Position numbers and translations under genes: made by a program. Positions 20,331-30,411 of a stretch of 64,000 nucleotides of DNA are shown piece after piece. The notes below the pieces were generated by a model. It was not told the origin of the DNA, did not search any database, and saw nothing but the letters and a program-made list of their open reading frames with translations. This stretch comes from an uncultured bacterium (GTDB taxonomy: Bacteria > Patescibacteriota > Minisyncoccia > Moranbacterales > UBA2206), in assembly GCA_903937035.1 (NCBI GenBank), contig CAIZXS010000017.1, forward strand, positions 660-64,659, written 5' to 3'. Every line of letters begins with the position of its first letter. The first letter of the stretch is position 1.

Positions 20331-21542
20331 ATGTCAAAAGTGCTGAAAGACAAAAAACTAATTGATGAATTTTTGGAGCGGGGGGTGGAGGCGATTTATC
20401 CTTCAAAGGAAGCGTTTCGCAAAAAATTAATGTCAGGTGAACGACTGAAAATTTATCAAGGTTTTGATCCAACCGGACCATATTTACATGTTGGGCATGC
20501 TATGGGTGTTCGGGCCTTGGGAATTCTCCAGAAGCTGGGGCACGAGGTGATTTTTTTAGTTGGCGACTACACGGCGAAAGTGGGGGACCCGGACAAAGAT
20601 ACAACCAGAAAAATGCTCACCGATGAGGAGATCGAGAGCAACATGTCAGGCTGGAAAAAACAAGCTTCACAGCTCATTGATTTTGGCGGAGAAAATCCAG
20701 TGCGATTTGAGCGAAATTATAAGTGGCTTTCGAAACTTAAATTGAATGACCTTATTAAACTTATGTCGAGCATTACGGTGCAACGGATGCTGGAACGTGA
20801 TATGTTCGAACGAAGGATTGCAGAAGGCGATCCGATCCGCCTACATGAATTTATCTATCCTTTGATGCAAGGCTATGACGGCGTAGCAATGGAAGTGGAT
20901 ATGGAGATTGGTGGAACGGACCAGACTTTTAACATGCTCGTCGGGCGCGATTTGATCAAAAGTTATCTTGGCAAAGAAAAATTTGTGCGTACGAACAAAA
21001 TGATGGACGCGCCGGATGGACGGACAATGAGCAAAACTAAAGGTAATGGAATCAATTTGGCGGACAGTCCGGAAGATATGTTTGGCAAAGCCATGTCTTA
21101 TTCTGACCAGCACATTTTGCCCGGTTTCGAGCTTTTGACATCAGTTTCTATGAAAGAAATTGAAAAAATGAAATTGGCAATGGAGACTGGCGAAAATCCA
21201 ATGATTTTCAAAAAGAAAATGGCCTATGAAATTGTAAAAACGATCAAGGGCGAAGAATCGGCACAAGCGGCACAGGAATATTTTCAGAAGATTCATTCAG
21301 AAAAAGGTACGCCTGATGAAGTTGCTGAAATCTTGATTTCAGCAGGTGAGTCGCTTATTGACGTGCTTGTTAAAAACGATTTAGCGACGAGTAAAACCGA
21401 TGCCAGAAGAAAAGTTGACCAAGGTGGGATAAAGGTGGATAATGACGTAATGCGCGATTGGCAGTTGAAATTGGACAAAAGCTTTAATGGAAAGATTTTG
21501 AAAGCGGGGAAGCGAGAGTTTAGGAAGATGAAAATTAGCTAA
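20331..21542 (+). CDS. tyrS: Tyrosine--tRNA ligase
   Basis: GFDPT..LHVGH, YPLMQGYD, GGTDQ, MSKT and C-terminal S4 domain. Confidence 0.96.
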   Translation: MSKVLKDKKLIDEFLERGVEAIYPSKEAFRKKLMSGERLKIYQGFDPTGPYLHVGHAMGVRALGILQKLGHEVIFLVGDYTAKVGDPDKDTTRKMLTDEEIESNMSGWKKQASQLIDFGGENPVRFERNYKWLSKLKLNDLIKLMSSITVQRMLERDMFERRIAEGDPIRLHEFIYPLMQGYDGVAMEVDMEIGGTDQTFNMLVGRDLIKSYLGKEKFVRTNKMMDAPDGRTMSKTKGNGINLADSPEDMFGKAMSYSDQHILPGFELLTSVSMKEIEKMKLAMETGENPMIFKKKMAYEIVKTIKGEESAQAAQEYFQKIHSEKGTPDEVAEILISAGESLIDVLVKNDLATSKTDARRKVDQGGIKVDNDVMRDWQLKLDKSFNGKILKAGKREFRKMKIS

Positions 21543-21550
21543 TTTTTTCG

Positions 21551-21688
21551 TGTCATCCTGAGCGAAGTCCGTACTCGGACGCAGTCGAAGGATCTATTTT
21601 CCATAATCCAAGGCTATGAATAATTCACAAAGTCTACGATAATAGTGAACAGATCCTTCGACTCCGATCCACTTCGCTCAGGATGACA
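21551..21688. repeat. Family A palindromic element, complete with both inverted ends
   Basis: TGTCATCCTGAGCGAAGT...GTCGAAGGATCT and AGATCCTTCGAC...ACTTCGCTCAGGATGACA. Confidence 0.85.
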
Positions 21689-21717
21689 ATTGCGTTGGTT
21701 TTGCTGGGTTATTTTGA

Positions 21718-21848
21718 GAATAGCACTTGCGAAATGAGAGTGTAGCAAATCGGTCCAAAATTCCTGGGCCCAGCAATAGTTGGCAAGGAAGCAAGAGTTA
21801 GGGTCGGCCGAACTTACCCGTGCATTTCTCATTTCGCAACCCTATTTC
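21718..21848. mobile_element. MITE-like element upstream of secA
   Basis: Perfect 13-bp inverted repeat TTGCGAAATGAGA (21727-21739) / TCTCATTTCGCAA (21827-21839). Confidence 0.45.
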
Positions 21849-21890
21849 TAAAAGATTAAAAATCAGCCTTATTAAAAAATAATATACCTT

Positions 21891-24527
21891 ATGTCAATCC
21901 TAAAAAAAATATTCGGTTCGAATGAAAGAGAGATTGGAAAGCTAAAGCCATTGGTGGAAAAAATCAATGCGCTAGAAGAGCAGATGGTCAAATTGTCTGA
22001 TGATCAGTTGCGCTCAAAAACAGTTGAGTTTAAAAAAAGAATCGCCGAAAAAGAGACGCTCGATGCGCTTTTGCCGGAAGCTTTCGCGGTTGTGCGGGAA
22101 ACGGTGAAGCGAGTAGATGGAAAGCGGCTGTTTGATGTGCAGATGATGGGTGGTATCGTTCTTCACAATGGAAAAATTGCTGAGATGAAAACTGGCGAAG
22201 GAAAAACTCACACTTCACTTCTTCCAATGTATCTCAATGCGCTCACTGGCAAAGGCGTTCATCTGGTGACCGTGAATGATTATTTGGCTAGACGTGACTG
22301 TAATTGGATGGGTGGGATTTTATATTTCTTGGGAATTTCGACGGCTTGTATCATTCATGATGCGTCATATATTTATCAACCAAAAGTGGAGGATGATGAT
22401 GAGGTGAGCGTAGAGATGGAAAACTTGGTGCCAATAGCACGCCGTGAAGCCTATGCCGCTGACATTACCTATGGTACGAACAATGAATTTGGTTTTGATT
22501 ATCTGCGCGACAATATGGTGCCGACCTTGGAGCACATGGCTCAGCGCGATTTGAATTATGTGATTGTGGATGAAGTGGACTCAATTTTGATTGACGAAGC
22601 TAGAACTCCGCTCATCATTTCTGCAGCGGACAGTGAATCGACAAAAATGTATGAGCAGTTTGCGACGCTTGTCCCGAGATTGAAGAGAGAAGATGATTAT
22701 ACTGTTGAAGAAAAAACTAAATCGGTAACTATCACAGAAAGCGGAATTGCAAAGATTGAATCGTGGCTCAATGTTGGAAACATCTATGAAGCAGGGAAAA
22801 TTACCTATGTGCATCACTTGGAACAAGCATTGAAAGCCCAGGTTATTTTTCAATTGGATCGGGACTATGTCGTGAAAGATGGTGAGGTGATTATTGTGGA
22901 TGACTTCACGGGGCGCCTCATGCCTGGACGACGTTATAGCGAAGGGTTGCATCAAGCGATTGAAGCGAAAGAGCATGTGCGGGTGCAAAAAGAATCGAAG
23001 ACTCTTGCGACCATTACGTTCCAGAATTATTTTCGGATGTATAATAAAATTTCTGGTATGACTGGAACTGCGTCGACTTCAGCAGAAGAATTTTTCAAAG
23101 TGTATAAGATGGATGTGACGGAAATTCCCACTAATCGTCCGGCTATTCGCAAGGATATTCCCGATGTTGTTTATAAGTCAGAAAAGGGGAAATTTAATGC
23201 GATTGTGGAAAAAATCAAAGAAGTGAATAAGCTTGGCCAGCCAATTTTAGTTGGAACAATTGCGGTGGAAAAATCTGAATATCTCAGTACTTTGCTTTTG
23301 AAATCTGGTGTTCCGCACGAGGTGCTTAATGCGAAAAATCATGAACGTGAAGCGCAGATTGTGGCTAAAGCGGGACATGTCGGTTCGGTGACGATTGCGA
23401 CTAATATGGCAGGTCGTGGAACTGACATCAAGCTTGGCGAAGGCGCGCGTGAGCTCGGAGGACTCTTTATTTTGGGAACAGAGCGGCATGAGGCGCGGCG
23501 CATTGACAATCAGCTCCGCGGTCGGGCGGGACGACAGGGGGACCCTGGTGCTTCGCAGTTTTTTGTTTCTTTGGAGGATGAGTTGATGCGTCGTTTTGGC
23601 GGAGATAATCTCATTAGTCTCATGACAAAACTTGGCCTTCCTGAAGATCAGCCGATTCAAAATCCGATCATATCGAGAACCATTGAAAATGCACAATCGA
23701 AAATTGAAGGTTTTAATTTCGATATCAGAAAGCATATTTTGGATTACGATGACGTGATGAATAAGCAACGTGAAATACTATACAAAAAAAGACGCGCCGT
23801 TCTCGAAGCAACCAATATCAAGCCTGAGATTATGGATAATATTCGCGATGAGATTGAAGGAGCAGTTTCTTCAAGCCTCACCGCCGAAGATGGCAATCTG
23901 GAGGTTGAAAAAATTGCGGAAAATATTCATGGTATGATGGTACTTTCTCCTGACGTGCAAGTTAAGCTCAAAGAAATAGTTGAAGATAGAAATAAAAATA
24001 CTGCAGAACTTATTGGCGCTGCGACGGAATATCTGGCTGGTTTTGCTAAAGAGGTTTATAATCGCAAGGAGAAGGAATTGGGGGAAGCAAATATGCGCTC
24101 GATTGAAAAAAGCATAGCACTTCAAACAATTGATGTGATGTGGATGAGTCATCTTGACGAAATTGATTATCTGCGCGAAGGCATCGGTCTTCGTGGCTAT
24201 GGCCAACGTGACCCATTAGTGGAATACAAACGAGAAGCGTTTTCGATGTTTTCCTATTTGATGGAAAATATCAAATCGACCATTACCCATACAATCTTTC
24301 GCGTTTCGGCTGCGCCAGTAGAAGTGGAAAGAACTATCCCAGAAAAAAATCTTAATTTTAGCGGAGCGGAGGAGTCGGAGTCATTTGCTTCGGCGCGAGA
24401 AATTCAAGATGGTGAGGTTCGTGAAGCACCAAAGCAAAAACCAATTATTAATGATGACAAGATTGGTCGAAATGATGCCTGCCCTTGCGGATCAGGGAAA
24501 AAATATAAGAAGTGTTGCGGCAAATAA
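21891..24527 (+). CDS. secA: Preprotein translocase ATPase SecA
   Basis: EMKTGEGKT, VDEVDSILIDEARTPLII, TNMAGRGTDI and SEC-C GRNDACPCGSGKKYKKCC. Confidence 0.98.
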   Translation: MSILKKIFGSNEREIGKLKPLVEKINALEEQMVKLSDDQLRSKTVEFKKRIAEKETLDALLPEAFAVVRETVKRVDGKRLFDVQMMGGIVLHNGKIAEMKTGEGKTHTSLLPMYLNALTGKGVHLVTVNDYLARRDCNWMGGILYFLGISTACIIHDASYIYQPKVEDDDEVSVEMENLVPIARREAYAADITYGTNNEFGFDYLRDNMVPTLEHMAQRDLNYVIVDEVDSILIDEARTPLIISAADSESTKMYEQFATLVPRLKREDDYTVEEKTKSVTITESGIAKIESWLNVGNIYEAGKITYVHHLEQALKAQVIFQLDRDYVVKDGEVIIVDDFTGRLMPGRRYSEGLHQAIEAKEHVRVQKESKTLATITFQNYFRMYNKISGMTGTASTSAEEFFKVYKMDVTEIPTNRPAIRKDIPDVVYKSEKGKFNAIVEKIKEVNKLGQPILVGTIAVEKSEYLSTLLLKSGVPHEVLNAKNHEREAQIVAKAGHVGSVTIATNMAGRGTDIKLGEGARELGGLFILGTERHEARRIDNQLRGRAGRQGDPGASQFFVSLEDELMRRFGGDNLISLMTKLGLPEDQPIQNPIISRTIENAQSKIEGFNFDIRKHILDYDDVMNKQREILYKKRRAVLEATNIKPEIMDNIRDEIEGAVSSSLTAEDGNLEVEKIAENIHGMMVLSPDVQVKLKEIVEDRNKNTAELIGAATEYLAGFAKEVYNRKEKELGEANMRSIEKSIALQTIDVMWMSHLDEIDYLREGIGLRGYGQRDPLVEYKREAFSMFSYLMENIKSTITHTIFRVSAAPVEVERTIPEKNLNFSGAEESESFASAREIQDGEVREAPKQKPIINDDKIGRNDACPCGSGKKYKKCCGK

Positions 24528-24579
24528 GAAGTTGAGCGAAGCGAAATCCGCCTTGGGCGGATGTTGCGTAAAATAGTTC

Positions 24580-25047
24580 ATGAAACAACCAAAATTCAAA
24601 CCAAAGCCAGGTCAAGTTGATTTCACCAATGCGCGGTGGGCGCCGGTGATGAATTGCGTTTTGAAATATCAAGGAAAAATTCTGATCGTGCAAAGGAGTA
24701 AAGGGTTGAATTTCTATCCTGAATATTGGAACGGTATTTCTGGATTTTTGGATGATGCGAAAAGTTTAAAGCAGAAAATTCAGGAAGAGCTAAAGGAAGA
24801 GTTGGGAATAGCAAAAAGCAAAATTGCCAAGATTCAGTTGGGTGAGATATTCGACCAAGAAGAGTCGAAATATGGCAAAACTTGGATTGTTCATCCGGTC
24901 TTGGTGGAGGTGACGACAGACAAACTCAGACTTGACTGGGAGGCAAAGAATTATGAGTGGGTTAAATTATGCGAAATTAAAGGATTAAAGCTTTTGCCAG
25001 GATTTTTGGAGGTTTTGAAAAAGTTAGAAAAGTGGATTGCCAAATAA
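24580..25047 (+). CDS. NUDIX hydrolase (degenerate box)
   Basis: ILIVQRS..YPEYWNGISG...EELKEELG. Confidence 0.75.
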   Translation: MKQPKFKPKPGQVDFTNARWAPVMNCVLKYQGKILIVQRSKGLNFYPEYWNGISGFLDDAKSLKQKIQEELKEELGIAKSKIAKIQLGEIFDQEESKYGKTWIVHPVLVEVTTDKLRLDWEAKNYEWVKLCEIKGLKLLPGFLEVLKKLEKWIAK

Positions 25048-25058
25048 GAAATACTAAA

Positions 25059-25484
25059 ATGGAAAATAAGCGACAACTAATCGTGGTTATCGCCCTTATC
25101 AAAGACGAAAACGGGAATACTCTACTACAAAAACGGGTGGATGCTATGATTCCTAGTGCGGATGGAAAATGGGAATTTCCTGGTGGGAGAATTGATTATG
25201 GGGAATCGCCAGAAGATGCTATAAAAAGAGAGTGTGGGGAGGAAATTGGCTGTGAAATTGAAGTGGAGGGATTGCTTCCGTTGGTGCAATCGACGATATG
25301 GAAAAGAGCTGATGGAGATAGTCAACACGTTTTGGTTTTTTGTTATCGGGCGAGACTTAAAAAAGGAACGCCAAGTCCGCTAGATAAAAAGGTCTCTGAA
25401 GTTAGATGGTTTTCGAGTGAAGAGATTGTCGAGCTAAATACCTTAAGTGGAATCAAGGAGCTTATTGAATTATCAAATAAATAA
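25059..25484 (+). CDS. NUDIX hydrolase, MutT-like
   Basis: GKWEFPGGRIDYGESPEDAIKRECGEEIG; start moved to ATG 25059. Confidence 0.88.
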   Translation: MENKRQLIVVIALIKDENGNTLLQKRVDAMIPSADGKWEFPGGRIDYGESPEDAIKRECGEEIGCEIEVEGLLPLVQSTIWKRADGDSQHVLVFCYRARLKKGTPSPLDKKVSEVRWFSSEEIVELNTLSGIKELIELSNK

Positions 25485-25487
25485 CAA

Positions 25488-25958
25488 ATGTATAAAATTT
25501 TTAGTTTTGAAAAATCCATTGGAGCAGTAGTTTTCCGGCGAGAAGGCGAGAAAGTTAAATATTTGCTTTTGCGTTATCCCGGTGGTCATTGGGGATTCAT
25601 CAAGGGTCATGGTGAAAATGATGAAACTGACGAGGAAACATTGCGCCGAGAGGCAACCGAAGAAACGGGTTTGACTAACTTGATAATTAAGCCGGGTTTT
25701 TTGGGTCAAGAAAAATATTATTATACAGCGAAAAATGAGGAAAAAGAAAAAAGATTGAAGGCTGAGAGGGGCTGGATGATTTTCAAAAAAGTCTTATATT
25801 ATTTAGCTGAGACGGATCAGGCAAAAATCCTATTATCGCATGAGCACAGGGATTATATTTGGATGGAGTATCATCAGGCGATAAATCGCGTGAGCAATAG
25901 TAACTCGAAAAAAGTGCTCGAAAAAGCTAATAAATTTTTGATTGAAAATGGTGGGTAA
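25488..25958 (+). CDS. NUDIX hydrolase, Ap4A-hydrolase-like
   Basis: SIGAVVFR..YLLL..GHWGFIKGH..ET..RREATEETG and LSHEH. Confidence 0.82.
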   Translation: MYKIFSFEKSIGAVVFRREGEKVKYLLLRYPGGHWGFIKGHGENDETDEETLRREATEETGLTNLIIKPGFLGQEKYYYTAKNEEKEKRLKAERGWMIFKKVLYYLAETDQAKILLSHEHRDYIWMEYHQAINRVSNSNSKKVLEKANKFLIENGG

Positions 25959-26003
25959 TAGGGTGCTATTGCCAAATTATCAGTTTCAGGTAGAATAGAA
26001 TTT

Positions 26004-27686
26004 ATGAATAGTCGACAAAAACTCAGATTGAAATTTTCCCTTGTGATTGTCCTTGCAATCCTAGCGGGACTCATAGCTTATCCTCAGGCGGTATCGAAAA
26101 TACCTCGTCTTTTTGGTATTTTGGATAAACCTAAGGTTAATCTGGGATTGGATTTGCAAGGCGGAATTCATCTGGAGTATAAGGCTGATACAAGCAAGGT
26201 GGACAGCGCTCAGGTGGGGGACGCTATGCAAGCCGTGCAAGATGTCATTGAGCGCCGTGTTAATGCTTTCGGAGTGGCGGAGCCTGTAGTCTATACGACA
26301 AAATCTGGAGGAGAACAGCGCTTAGTTGTGGAGCTCGCTGGCGTGAAGGATATTAATGAGGCCAAGAAAATGATTAGTGAAACTCCATTTTTGGAATTCA
26401 AGGAGGAGAAAATGACTGAGCCGGAAAAAATTCCCGAGGAAATCATCACTAGTGCTAATGAAAAAAGCAAAGCAAAAGCGGAAGATATTTTAAAAAAGGC
26501 TTTGGCGGGAGAAGATTTTGCCGTTCTAGCGAAAGATAATAGCCAGGATCCTGGATCGAAAGATAATGGGGGTGTTTATGATTTTCAAAAAAAAGGTTCA
26601 TTTGTGCCTGAATATGAAGCGGTGATTTTTGATGAAAATGTTAAAAATGACGAGGTGTATTCGAAATTAGTGGAAACTCAATTTGGTTGGCATATTATTA
26701 AAAAAATTGAAATCAAAGGAGATGGGGACGATCGTGAATTCAAGAGCGCACATATTTTAATTTCCAAAATGACGCAACCACAGCCACAGATGGATTTTGC
26801 CTCAACGGGACTTTCTGGCAAGAATCTGAAAAGTGCTAGCGTGCAGTTTAAAAGCCAGGGCCTTTCTGAGCCGGAAGTTTCTTTGAAATTCGACGACGAA
26901 GGCACAAAACTTTTTGCGGATATTACCAAAAAGAACATTGGGAAACGTGTAGCGATATATCTAGATGGAGAAATTATTACCGCGCCAACCGTGCAGAGTG
27001 AAATATTAAATGGTGAAGCCGTTGTTACGGGAAATTATACCGTCGAAGAGGCGAAGACTTTAGTTAAGAGACTAAACGAAGGTGCATTGCCAGTGCCTAT
27101 CAGCTTGGTGAGTCAGCAGTCAGTTGAAGCAACTCTTGGCCAGGTTTCGCTTGAAAAGAGTTTGAAGGCAGGAATGATTGGCTTGCTTCTTGTGATTATT
27201 TTCATGCTCATCTATTATCGCTTTTTGGGATTGATTGCTTCTGTGGCACTCCTTATTTATTCAGCTTTAATGATTAGCATCTTCAAGTTATCTGGTTTTA
27301 CACCATGGCAGATTACACTTACTCTTCCAGGAATCGCAGGGTTTGTGCTTTCGATTGGAATGGCGGTAGATGCGAATATTTTAATTTTCGAGCGGACCAA
27401 AGAAGAGGTGCGCAAAGGTCGCAATATTTTGAGTGCAATCGAGGAAGGTTTTAAGCGCGCTTGGACTTCGATTCTGGATGGCAATATGTCATCCATTATT
27501 ACGGCTTTAATTTTGGTAGAAATGGGAACAGGATTTGTGAAAGGTTTTGCAGTTACGCTTATCATTGGAGTGCTTGCCTCAATGTTCACGGCAGTTGTCA
27601 TCACAAGAACAATTTTGCGCTTTATTTTAGGGCCGTGGATTGAAAACAGAATGTGGTTAGTGGGCGCTAAGAAAAATGAATCATAA
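26004..27686 (+). CDS. secD: SecD with an inserted parvulin-type PPIase domain
   Basis: LGLDLQGG, RRVNAFGVAEP, GMAVDANILIFER; internal GEDFAVLAKDNSQDPGSKDNGG...ETQFGWHII. Confidence 0.95.
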   Translation: MNSRQKLRLKFSLVIVLAILAGLIAYPQAVSKIPRLFGILDKPKVNLGLDLQGGIHLEYKADTSKVDSAQVGDAMQAVQDVIERRVNAFGVAEPVVYTTKSGGEQRLVVELAGVKDINEAKKMISETPFLEFKEEKMTEPEKIPEEIITSANEKSKAKAEDILKKALAGEDFAVLAKDNSQDPGSKDNGGVYDFQKKGSFVPEYEAVIFDENVKNDEVYSKLVETQFGWHIIKKIEIKGDGDDREFKSAHILISKMTQPQPQMDFASTGLSGKNLKSASVQFKSQGLSEPEVSLKFDDEGTKLFADITKKNIGKRVAIYLDGEIITAPTVQSEILNGEAVVTGNYTVEEAKTLVKRLNEGALPVPISLVSQQSVEATLGQVSLEKSLKAGMIGLLLVIIFMLIYYRFLGLIASVALLIYSALMISIFKLSGFTPWQITLTLPGIAGFVLSIGMAVDANILIFERTKEEVRKGRNILSAIEEGFKRAWTSILDGNMSSIITALILVEMGTGFVKGFAVTLIIGVLASMFTAVVITRTILRFILGPWIENRMWLVGAKKNES

Positions 27687-28587
27687 AAAAATGCTTAATA
27701 TCATTTCCAAAACCAAATACGCCTATATTTTCTCTATCACGCTAACAGTGCTTTGCATTGGTGCGCTCTTTACTTGGGGATTAAAATACGGGATTGATTT
27801 TACGGGGGGAACTTTAATAGAGGTAAAATTTGAAAACAGTCTTCCAGCTAATCAGGAGCTAGAAGATGTTTTAAAAGATTTAAATCTCAAAAGTCTCACT
27901 TTGCAATCGACCGGGAATAATTCTGTACTCATTCGCTATGCTTCTGAAGATGATAAAATCAACCAAACTGTTCTGGAAGCTTTGTTGAAGAAATATCCAG
28001 AATCGAAAAATTTGCGAACAGATTATGCTAATGCCTCAGTTTCAAGCGAGCTGAAAACCAAATCCCTAATGGCGATTTTTTGGGCAGTGGCAGGCATTAT
28101 GGCCTATATCGCTTGGGCTTTCCGGCGTGTGTCGCACCCAGTGGCATCCTGGAAATATGGCGCAGGAGCTGTGGTCGCGCTCCTTCACGATATTCTCATT
28201 ACGGTGGGAGCTTTTTCGGTTTTAGGTCATTTTTGGGGTGTTGAGGTGGGCGTGCCATTCGTGGCGGCGCTTCTCACTATTTTAGGCTTCTCAGTTCATG
28301 ATACGATTGTGGTTTATGATCGCACGCGAGAAAATCTGCAAAGAAGTTCAGCTAAGGAGAAATTCCCTGAAATCGTCAATCGTAGTCTCAATGAAACTCT
28401 AGTTCGCTCAATCAACACCTCACTCACCGTGATTATAACGCTGCTTGCAATCTATATTTTCGGCGGAGAATCAATTAAACATTTTTCTTTGGCGCTACTG
28501 ATTGGAATAACTTTCGGAACCTATTCATCGATTTTTATTGCTTCAGCGCTACTTGTGACAAGTTATAATTTACAAATTAAAAAGTAA
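27676..28587 (+). CDS. secF: Protein translocase subunit SecF
   Basis: GIDFTGGT, GFSVHDTIVVYDRTRE and GTYSSIFIA; alternative start 27691. Confidence 0.96.
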   Translation: MNHKKMLNIISKTKYAYIFSITLTVLCIGALFTWGLKYGIDFTGGTLIEVKFENSLPANQELEDVLKDLNLKSLTLQSTGNNSVLIRYASEDDKINQTVLEALLKKYPESKNLRTDYANASVSSELKTKSLMAIFWAVAGIMAYIAWAFRRVSHPVASWKYGAGAVVALLHDILITVGAFSVLGHFWGVEVGVPFVAALLTILGFSVHDTIVVYDRTRENLQRSSAKEKFPEIVNRSLNETLVRSINTSLTVIITLLAIYIFGGESIKHFSLALLIGITFGTYSSIFIASALLVTSYNLQIKK

Positions 28588-28634
28588 CATCTCAAAATTA
28601 AAAACAATTTTGAGATTTGCATTTTTCATTTACT

Positions 28635-28940
28635 ATGTGGAACCCATTTAAAAAAAATACCGGAACAAACGATGATCAAAGCTCTGGCGTTGTAAAAGCT
28701 GCTTCTGCGAAAGTTGATGATAAGAAAAAGGAAGATGATTCGCCGAAAATGAATATGCTTCAGCGATTGGCAATGAAAAGAATGGAGCGGATGAGCCCGC
28801 AGGAAAAGGCCAAAATGATGCAGGAGGTATTGAAACCTGAGAATAAGGATAAATTGCTCGGTGCAATGGAGATGATGCGAAAGAGTGGACAGATAACACA
28901 GGAGCAATATGATATGGCAAAGCAAAAAATGGACATATAA
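28635..28940 (+). CDS. Met/Lys/Gln-rich small hypothetical protein
   Basis: ATG 28635, open frame following secF. Confidence 0.6.
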   Translation: MWNPFKKNTGTNDDQSSGVVKAASAKVDDKKKEDDSPKMNMLQRLAMKRMERMSPQEKAKMMQEVLKPENKDKLLGAMEMMRKSGQITQEQYDMAKQKMDI

Positions 28941-29030
28941 TTTTGATATATTTTGTCGCCCCTAGCTATTGGACCGGGGCGATAGTTCCTTTATTTCAAG
29001 TATCAACCTTTAACGATAGGAGTTTGCGCA

Positions 29031-29219
29031 ATGAAATTAATTAGCGACACGCAGAGTTGTCTTTCAAGCGGGGGTAAGAAAGTGACTTGGTTGGGGATAT
29101 TCGGCTCTTTGGTAATTCCTTCTTACCATGTCAAGACAATTTGGGGCATCATTCTTATCGTCTCGGCATGCGTACTTCTCTTTCTTTTGCCGCCAGAGGA
29201 GTATCTCTGTGATAAATAA
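29031..29219 (+). CDS. Small 2-TM hypothetical protein
   Basis: AGGAG SD; two hydrophobic segments. Confidence 0.45.
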   Translation: MKLISDTQSCLSSGGKKVTWLGIFGSLVIPSYHVKTIWGIILIVSACVLLFLLPPEEYLCDK

Positions 29220-29301
29220 CTTTGAACTTGAAACAGGCGTTGGATTTTAAATCAACGCCTATTATTTTGACTTTTTTAGGCTTTGAAGCTAGAATAAGAC
29301 T

Positions 29302-30333
29302 ATGTTGAAAACGAAAATAGAAGAGATTAAAAAGCAGGTTTTGGAGGAAATTACGAAAGTCGGTAATAGTGACGCGCTTTTTGATTTGGAGAAAAAATAT
29401 TTGGGACGAAAAAGCGAGTTTGTGGGGTTTTTGAAAAATCTGAAAAACCTGGCACCGGAAGAACGAAAACAAATTGGCGAACTAGCCAATAAAACTAAGC
29501 TAGAAATCCTCGACATTATCAATGGAAAAAAAGCTGATTTGTCCAAAACCGGATCAAACGCAGAAAAAGAAAAAATTGACGTGACTATCTCCGGCAAGAA
29601 ACGTGGTGTGGGACACCTCAATCCGATTTCCATAGTACGCCGTGACATCGAAGATATTTTCACTGGCATGGGATTTGAAATTGCCGATGGACCGGAAATT
29701 GAAACTGAGTTCTATAATTTTGATGCATTGAATATGCCAGCTGATCATCCGGCACGTGACATTCAAGACACTTTTTGGTTGAAAAATAAAAAAGGCAAAG
29801 AAAGCCTAGCAATGCGTTCTCAGACCTCAGCCGTGCAAGCGAAGTATATGGAAAAGCACAAACCACCCTTGCGGATAATTGTTCCAGGGAAGTGTTTTCG
29901 TCGAGAAGCAACTGACACGACACACGATCATACATTTTATCAGTTTGAGGCATTGGTGGTGGGGGAAAATATTAATGTTGGACACCTGAAGCAAGTAGCA
30001 GAAGACTTTTTTTCACAATTTTTTGGGCAGGAAATAAAAGTACGTTTGCGACCGAGCTATTTTCCTTTCACGGAACCCAGCTTTGAATTTGATATTTCTT
30101 GCACTGTTTGTGGTGGGAAAGGATGCCGAGCTTGCAAATATAATAAATGGCTGGAACTTGGTGGCGCCGGAATGGTTAACCAAAATGTTTTTGAAGCGGT
30201 CGGCTATAAACGCAATCAATACACTGGCTTTGCTTGGGGCTTTGGATTGGAACGTCTCGCAATGATGAAATATAAGATTGATGATTGCCGGCTTTTTCAC
30301 TCGGGGGATTTGCGGTTTATTAGGCAATTTTAG
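29302..30333 (+). CDS. pheS: Phenylalanine--tRNA ligase alpha subunit
   Basis: HPARDIQDTF, RPSYFPFTEPS and GFAWGFGLERLAM. Confidence 0.97.
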   Translation: MLKTKIEEIKKQVLEEITKVGNSDALFDLEKKYLGRKSEFVGFLKNLKNLAPEERKQIGELANKTKLEILDIINGKKADLSKTGSNAEKEKIDVTISGKKRGVGHLNPISIVRRDIEDIFTGMGFEIADGPEIETEFYNFDALNMPADHPARDIQDTFWLKNKKGKESLAMRSQTSAVQAKYMEKHKPPLRIIVPGKCFRREATDTTHDHTFYQFEALVVGENINVGHLKQVAEDFFSQFFGQEIKVRLRPSYFPFTEPSFEFDISCTVCGGKGCRACKYNKWLELGGAGMVNQNVFEAVGYKRNQYTGFAWGFGLERLAMMKYKIDDCRLFHSGDLRFIRQF

Positions 30334-30411
30334 TGATCTCTACGAATTACCTGCCTACTCTGCCTACCGGCAGGCGAATTAATACGAATGTGCGAATGAT
30401 TTTTTAATAAT

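Noticed and set aside
21817-21824. Extra CCCGTGCA att core upstream of secA
   Set aside because: No left-arm motif or peptide frame; an isolated 8-mer match is plausible by chance.
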